Assembly: GCF_009914755.1 (NCBI RefSeq)
Contig: NC_060925.1
Strand: one strand, 5' to 3'
From: the human T2T-CHM13v2.0 reference genome, Homo sapiens
DNA length: 64,000 bases
Positions 56,846-64,000 of the stretch are shown piece after piece. The notes beneath the pieces were generated by a model that saw nothing but the letters and a program-made list of their open reading frames with translations, did no database searches and was not told the DNA's origin. Numbering within the stretch: the first letter of the stretch is position 1; the number at the start of each line of letters is the position of its first letter. A program made the position numbers and the translations under genes.

Positions 56846-57529
56846 TGAGAGACCAAAATAGATGCCATTTTCTCAACTAAGACAAACCCTAAGGTTAAGG
56901 AAACAAAAGTTACCCGTAGGTCAAGGGTTCAGGGCCTGTCTGGCATGGTAAATTTCTAAATTCATATGGTTACAATAAAAAAATATAAGCCTTTGCTAAA
57001 CTCCTCTAACTGGAACTATCGGGCAAGTTATCAGACTCCTATCTCTGATTTACAATCCAGACCACTACAACTCTGACTGTAGAGAGCACTGGCAAGGAAC
57101 TGCAGACACCTTAAGCTAGTTTCAACCTGCTTAAAGAGGCTGCGCACAAACTGTCTTTGTGTCCTGTAGTTCACCTTTTGTTCACTCTTCACGTAAAGAG
57201 CCAAATTCCAGCTCATTTTCATGCTAAAACGCTGCCCCAAAGTGAACATGGGATGTATATTATATATATTTACCTACTGTTTATATGCTCAGTTCCCCTC
57301 ATAAATATGTATAGCGTTTCCCCAAAACCTGCTGAATATGCATGACTCTATTGTGTAATAAGGACCCTGTGAGGCATAAAACCACACCTGTCCCTGCCCT
57401 GTGTGAAGACAGAACACCTTTGGTCCACGCTGGAGACTATTTCTTCCTCATGAGCAAAATGATATCACTAATAAAGCTCTCCTTTCTATTAAACACTATT
57501 TAGCCACCCTGGGGGTCTTCTTGATGACA
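56846..57529 (+). mobile_element. ERV1 solo LTR (MER67-like), antisense to TPR
   Basis: TG...CA termini, CCTAAGGTTAAGGAAACAAAAGTTACC motif, internal AATAAA 57470-57475; family name uncertain. Confidence 0.65.
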
Positions 57530-58224
57530 ATATGAATTCTCATTTTGTGGGACAGAAGGAAGAAAGGAAAGTAATAATATTCTGAGTGCCTAATATGTGG
57601 CAGGTACTACTTTAGGTATTTTACAATCCTAAAAATTATATTTTTTGACAAGTGAGACAATGCAGGGAATTAATGATATGCTTACAGTCACAAAGCTTCC
57701 TAGTGGTGGAGCTAGGAATGACACCTCATGCTTTGTAACTTCAGGGTCTATATTCTCTCCGCTAGTAAAACTGCTAGGGGAACCTCAATGAGAGATCAAA
57801 AAATGAAGAGGTATATAAATGCATTTCCTTTTATGGATTACTTTAATTCTGTAAGGGAAATAATACAGGGGAGTAAGAGAGAACCAGCAAATGGGGCACT
57901 ATAAATTAACTCAAGATGCAACCAGCACTCTTGTATTTCATGTAATTAAAATAGGGAAAAATCTTGGCTCACAACTCTAAAAAATCTGGAAATCTGTGCT
58001 ATATATGAACAAAAACATTTCTTTAATATAAGTTTAGAAGGCAGTACACTATACTCATAGGAGTAAAAGAAAGCAGACTCTGCAATGATTAATTCTAGTA
58101 GTATTTCATTACATATAATAAGAACAAGCTAAAAAAAAAAAGACCAAATAATGTTTCAATTTGTCAAAGCTAATTTCATTCACGAAAAGCAACGGTGTGG
58201 TACTTTAGGTATGTTTTTACTTAC

Positions 58225-58308
58225 TTCTCCAATGGAATCTTGAGAATCCTGGTTGTATACCTGAGTCTCTACCTCTCCATCAGTACTTTCTTCTGCCATA
58301 ACTTCTTC
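58225..58308 (-). CDS. TPR: TPR exon 39
   Basis: [28 protein letters not shown], 84 nt. Confidence 0.93.
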
Positions 58309-58921
58309 CTGTATCATAATACACTAATATATTAACCATATCAGTGTAGTAGATGAAGGGTTACCTGTTTTTGTTAGTTCTCTCATTTGAAAAAACCCTT
58401 CAAATCTATATTTTATGAAACTATAGAAAAATAAAAAAATTTTATTTAAAAATTATAATCACATTCCTCCTCAGTATACACAAAGTAAGGTTTATGAACA
58501 TTAATACATGCTAATACAATTAATTTAGTAGCCTTAATGTTTGATTTGAAACCTGCTTCATTACAATTTAATCTTAACAACAAAAAGGAATATAATTTTG
58601 GCTAATCTTAGAAAAAGATAGCAGGTAACAGTTTATGTCCATGAGACTTAGAAACTTCGAGATGAAATTCAACTTATGTTTTTATGACTGAGCTTTTTTA
58701 TTGAAATAGAAACAAATGCAATTAAAGATATGCAAGAATATAAAACACTGTTGGTAATAATACCTGGGTTGTCAGTGGAATCTTTGTAGAAAGTTCAATA
58801 AAAGTGTTTTCCAGATAATATATTTTGGCCCCAAAAGGTTAATTTTCTTTAGGCTGTAGCTGAAAAGAGTACCTTAACTCTACTGGTAAAAGTTAAAATA
58901 CACAGAAAGAACTTTACGCAC

Positions 58922-59070
58922 CTCAGTTCCTACAGGTGTGACACTTTTCAACTTCTTTGGAAGAGGCATTTCCACTGTATCATCAGAGACTTGGTCTGAT
59001 GCTTCTATGGTGCTATCCTCTTCCTCTTCACGTGTACGCTTTGGCAAAGAAGAACTGGGGGTAGCCGAAA
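58922..59070 (-). CDS. TPR: TPR exon 38 (basic clusters PKRTR and PKKLK; nuclear targeting region)
   Basis: [20 protein letters not shown]...[16 protein letters not shown], 149 nt. Confidence 0.94.
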
Positions 59071-59848
59071 CTTTGAAATTATATAAATCTTGAATTAGAG
59101 CATGATAATAACTCAATTTAGATAAAGATAGTTTACCCAATATGGTCACTTAACTAAAGGAGAACACAGTAAACATTTAATTGTACAGATTACTAAAATA
59201 CAATCAATCAACTCCTAGATCAATGTCCATCAACATAATTTGTTTCTGCTAAGCTATGGGTAAACAAAGAGCAACTTATGCTCTGAGTCAATGTTTTTAT
59301 ACCAACCCAAGCTTTGCTTAATAAAGCCAGCCAATTTTTACAATATATCTGGTTCACTGAGATTGTATTACTATGTTGTTATCTACAAAGTTTACATGGG
59401 ACCTTCTATAAAACTCAGGACTCCTTGAATAAGAAAAAATGTACACTGTATGTAAATCAGTATATAGTCTTATCTTAGGTGTCTTTTAGTCCTCAGGACT
59501 TCCGTTAAATTATATACAATGTTTTGCATTAATATGTAAGACCAGTAAAAAAAATAACTGGAGGGGGAGAATCATCTTAATGACAAACAACTGATTTAAA
59601 ATAGTCATATTCAGTAGTAAACATGAAATAAAATGTTAGTAATATATTCATTCATTCTAATTCCTGGTAGAAAGCATGTATGCACAAAGAATACTTGTGA
59701 TACGTATTATATCCAAGATATTATAATTGCGTAGGTCTATTCTAACTTCATTTGTACAAAGAATACTCAAGATATATATACTCAAGATACACTCAAGATC
59801 TTATAAATGCATAGGTCTACTCTGACTTCATTTTAAAATTAATTTTAC

Positions 59849-60121
59849 CTGTGCCAAATACTGCTGTGGAAGTAGAAGGCCGCTCAACTGGTGAACTCTG
59901 AACAACCTCTACTATGTTTGAAGATAACTCTTGATTGGCAGGCTCAATCTGAGGATGACTCTGTTGAGTGGGTTGCACAAAAGCTGTAGCCTGTGTTTGT
60001 TGCTGAACAGTTAAAATAGGTTGAGAGATAGAAGGCTGGACATTAGGACTAGTAGAACGAACGGATCCACTTGTGCTTCCAAAAACTGGAACATGTTCCA
60101 CAGGCCCTTCTGACTGCATAG
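59849..60121 (-). CDS. TPR: TPR exon 37
   Basis: [23 protein letters not shown]...[10 protein letters not shown], 273 nt. Confidence 0.94.
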
Positions 60122-61051
60122 CTGAAAAATAATTATAATGCTGAATATAAGCCTTCTACTTTTATCAAAGCTGAAATTATCCTTCCTATTCTGTGGTACA
60201 TGTCACCTTTCACACAGATTTGGCACTTGGTAGACAAATACATTGTAGGTAAAGGTAATGTATTATGCATTTTTATATTCCCTATGTAATTGATATGGTA
60301 GCATGCAATAAAATGTTGCCTGAATTAAATAAATATCTGTAACTGATTTTGCATCTATTCATTTAAATTACTGTTGAATAAAATTAATGAAATTAAGCTC
60401 AAAGTAAAATTAGAATTTTTCATTAAGCATCATTTAGTTTTTAATTGATATAACAGATAGTAAATTTGATTAGTAATATATTTAGTTTATTGGATGTAGC
60501 TGAAATAAAACATTCTCTACTTTCACAGCACAGAAATACTTGAATAATTTACTGAATTCTAACATTTGTCAAGATAAGAATCTAAGGAAATATGCAGGTA
60601 GCAAAGTTTTACTGAACACCTACTGTGGAGTTAGGTAAAGGGATTAAACAATAAGAAGCTGAGATTTTTGCCCTTGAGGAGCTCAATGTAGTGGAGTAAA
60701 AAGCATGTATACCACAGAATAAAATACAAAGTTGTAATTGCTGTAATGAATAACAAGAGTGTCATGGGAAAAAATTGAAGAAAGCAATGAAATGGTCAGT
60801 TTCAGTGAGAAAGCAATGTTGGATTGAGCCAGTAATTCAGTATGATTTTCCAAAGTGGATTTCATATATTCTTTGTCATTACAAGTGAAAATTTTGGTCC
60901 TAGAAGTATGTCCTTCAAATATTAAACACCCATTTTTACAATGACGTGACTTCAGCTGTAGTGGATGCTTCATTTGTCTTTGAAATTACTGTCATCTTCT
61001 CATAATAAATCTAAATAAGCAGTCTCATCAGATCTGTATTATTTTACTAAC

Positions 61052-61260
61052 CTTCCTGTGATTCCACTTGTGTAGTGGGCATCACTGTAGCTGTTGGGGT
61101 AGTAGTGGGATTTGTAACAGTTGCAGGTGTAACCATTGGGCGGATACTAGCCCTGGGTGTTGACTTATTTCCAGCCATAGCTGCAGCTGTCACTTTACTT
61201 GGAGTAGACACAACAGGAGTTGGCTTGATATTGGCTGTTGGTGGGTCTGATGTGCTGGCA
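61052..61260 (-). CDS. TPR: TPR exon 36
   Basis: [23 protein letters not shown]...[14 protein letters not shown], 209 nt. Confidence 0.94.
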
Positions 61261-61794
61261 CTTATAGAGGAGAAAATGGAAGAATAATTAATAACAAATT
61301 ATTATGCAAATACTTTTAAAAACACAGTGAGTATAGGTCTCCATTTTTTTGTTCACTAAATATTTCAGAGCCTTATTAAAGCTGTTTTGAATTTAAGCAT
61401 TAAAAACTACACAGGGAATGCTCCAGAGTGGTGCATCCTGACAATGTAAAATGTATCTAGCTGTTGAATTGCTGAACCCAAGTCTCAGCCCAGCATTTTC
61501 TATCTGTCATCATGTAACATCACGGGGAAAATCAGTAGCAGCCTAACTTAGAAACCAACTGTAAACTAAAAGATGAGAGACGTTTTCTCTGTCACAAAGC
61601 TTCATCTGATAGGACTGAAAGTATGGTGAAAACAAGCTGGCAAATACATGATACAGTTCTGCAGAGAAAACAACTCTTTAGTGTATGTTTTTACAATAGA
61701 ATACACAGATTTCTTTTTCCTAAACAGAAAGATCACTAGATATTCCCTGAGCTTTAAAAGAAAAATAACAGACTATGAAATAACTAAAACTCAC

Positions 61795-61856
61795 ATTCCT
61801 CTTTCACCAGAAGCTGGAGTTGTTTTCAATGTGATCTGTCTCTGCTGTTCAGGGAC
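61795..61856 (-). CDS. TPR: TPR exon 35
   Basis: VPEQQRQITLKTTPASGERG, 62 nt. Confidence 0.92.
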
Positions 61857-62064
61857 CTATAAAGAGAAAGCTCTTGATTGTTGTTCCTAGCCCACAAGAG
61901 TCCACTAAAAATGCCACAAAAAAATTGTCATTATTGTTAATTCTCTCCGCATATATTGAATTTTAGCCAAAATTCACTGACAAAGGCTCCTATATCACCA
62001 AGCACTTTCAAGTAAAATGTACAAAGAAAAACAATTTGTTACTTAAGCAGAATTAGCTAATCAC

Positions 62065-62270
62065 CTTATTAGAAGGTTCTTGAGGCTCATCTCTCTGCTC
62101 AAGGTGTCTCTCTTGATGCTCCCTGAGTTCTCTTTCCAAGCGACTAATTCGACCTTCATATTGGGACTTTAGCGCAGTAATGCGAACATCCAATTCATCT
62201 TTCTGCTGATCTAAGGCTCCATTCCTTTGTTTAAGCTCCTCATTTTCTTTAGTTAGCTGATCTTTTACAC
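62065..62270 (-). CDS. TPR: TPR exon 34 (end of coiled coil)
   Basis: [51 protein letters not shown]...EPSNK, 206 nt. Confidence 0.94.
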
Positions 62271-63222
62271 CTAAAGAAGTAACCAGGCGATTATATTAAT
62301 ATTATAATCAAACATTTAAAACAGCATTTATGCACTTAATTGGCACATGGTCACATCAGATTCTACTACTATAACATCTACATTAGTTATGATACATCAT
62401 ACATCTCAATGAGCAAAGTTCTAAGTACATTCATGCTTTAACTTATTACTAGAATATAAAATATACTTACTCCAACATAAAAATTTACTTTTTCCTAACT
62501 AAAATCTCAAAAAGCTAAAGATCCTAGTTAACAGAAGCCCGTTTATATTTCAATGTATCATGCAATTCATTACTATGAATTGCAAAATTTTTATTTCATA
62601 TAATCTACAGCACTGTTTAAAAATAATTCAAGAACTTTTAAAATCAAGTAAGTTGTTAGGACACTGTCTTAGAGATCATTTTAAAAAAATGCCTGTAACA
62701 AAATCCAACTGATTTGACATTTTATTTAACTACTCAGCAGACTGATAGGCAAGGCTGAATAAAGCCCTGAGCCTTGAAGAACTAGGTTCTTCATAAATTT
62801 GACATGATACTCTCCCTGAAAAGCTAGAGGGGTCCTCCACCAAACGAGGCACAAAAAAATCCCTGGGCTGGTAAAGATCTTTATGCAGTCTACATAAGGT
62901 TTCTAGACAGCACGGTCTGGGCTCAAAGGATCTCTGTCACAAGATAGAATTGTTATCCATGAAAGCAGAAGGATAGCAGTATTCCATTATCTACTGCCAG
63001 CCAACAATTGAGAAAAATTTCATCATATCAAGGATATCCTCATCACTTGAAAATTAGGATTGCTCTTTGTGTCCAACTAATTATTCCTAATATTTAAAGC
63101 ACACATACACACACAAACACCCTTCATAAGTAGATACCTTTTATTTCTATTCCATTTAGTTTTAGGCCTGCAACACATAATCAACTTTCACTACCAAGTT
63201 CAAACTTTAAACAGATATTTAC

Positions 63223-63421
63223 CAGCTAAGTGTGCAATTTTTGACTTTGCTGCTACAATAGCCTTTCTGGTTTTTTCTTCCTTTTCAGTTATCTGTTGTC
63301 GGAGCTGCTCCTCCTGTGTGGTTCTATCTTGAAGATCCTGACGAAGTCGTGAAAGTTCAGACTGAAGTTGCACAGTCTGTTCCTGGAGATTTCTTGCTTC
63401 TGTCTCTTTTTCAGATAATGT
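63223..63421 (-). CDS. TPR: TPR exon 33 (coiled coil)
   Basis: [31 protein letters not shown]...KSKIAHLA, 199 nt. Confidence 0.94.
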
Positions 63422-63739
63422 CTTTAAAGGAAAACAAAGTATTCACCATGGAATTCAATCATTTCAATATAAACTGTATGTGGTAGCAACTTAAAGTATA
63501 ACTTATTACTTTGCTTTTTAAAAGATTAAATGGAAGTATAAGTATAAAAATGGTGGTCAGACCAACTAAATGCACACTTGAAGATGATTGGGTACTACTT
63601 ACATACATGAGCCATTCAAAGTAAAAAGAATAAAATGTATCCATTCCCACATGGTAAGACAAAGTGTCAGTAGTTAACACATATTTCTTTAGGTGTATAA
63701 CAGGAAAGAATTAGGAACAGACTGTTCTCACACTCATAC

Positions 63740-63883
63740 CTTCTGCAGATTCTCTACTTGACTTTCAAGTGATTTTGATTTTGTTTCAGCTTGGTTGAGC
63801 GTTTCTTTGAGTTCCTGCATTTCCTGGACTGAAACATGCTGCTCCTGATGGTCTCCAGAGGACTGAGCCGATGTCTCCATAAC
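63740..63883 (-). CDS. TPR: TPR exon 32 (coiled coil)
   Basis: [48 protein letters not shown], 144 nt. Confidence 0.94.
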
Positions 63884-64000
63884 CTAAGACAACAAACAGT
63901 AATAATACACTCACATATTTATATTCAGTAATTCCATTTCTGCAAGTTTGTCTAAGAAAATAATCACAGCTTTGCAAAGAAATTTTATCCCTGAAGGTAT

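Larger units (their letters stand above)
38300..64000 (-). other. TPR: TPR gene, 3' portion (last 20 exons; continues beyond the window)
   Basis: 20 exons with consistent phase give 2730 coding nt ending ...GVSHAMGGRGGINRGNIN*; 3' end approximate. Confidence 0.97.

Overview
This is primate (human) genomic DNA, recognisable as the PRG4/TPR locus (1q31). Positions 1-22.9 kb are repeat-rich upstream sequence: Alus including a young AluYb8, L1, MaLR/ERV LTRs, DNA transposon relics and candidate regulatory motifs. The complete PRG4 gene (lubricin/SZP/MSF) lies on the + strand at about 22,930-41,215, with 13 exons. Its 12 coding exons splice with canonical GT-AG and consistent phase into 4,215 nt (1,404 aa plus stop): signal peptide, two somatomedin-B domains, a KEPAPTTP mucin domain and a hemopexin domain. 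The last 20 exons of the nuclear-basket gene TPR lie on the - strand (63,883 to the stop at 40,629; 909 aa plus stop) and overlap PRG4 tail-to-tail. I found no clearly new biological system. The best second-look items are the reciprocal 3' overlap with a palindromic double poly(A) signal between the two stop codons, a U6 retrocopy in the overlap zone, a PRG4 haplotype that appears non-reference (W180/A604/S746), overlapping opposite-strand CTCF-like motifs upstream, a candidate unannotated TPR cassette/microexon, and an ~430-bp pure A/T tract with flanking direct repeats. Repeat boundaries and subfamily names are judged by eye and approximate. TPR exon numbers assume the 51-exon reference model.
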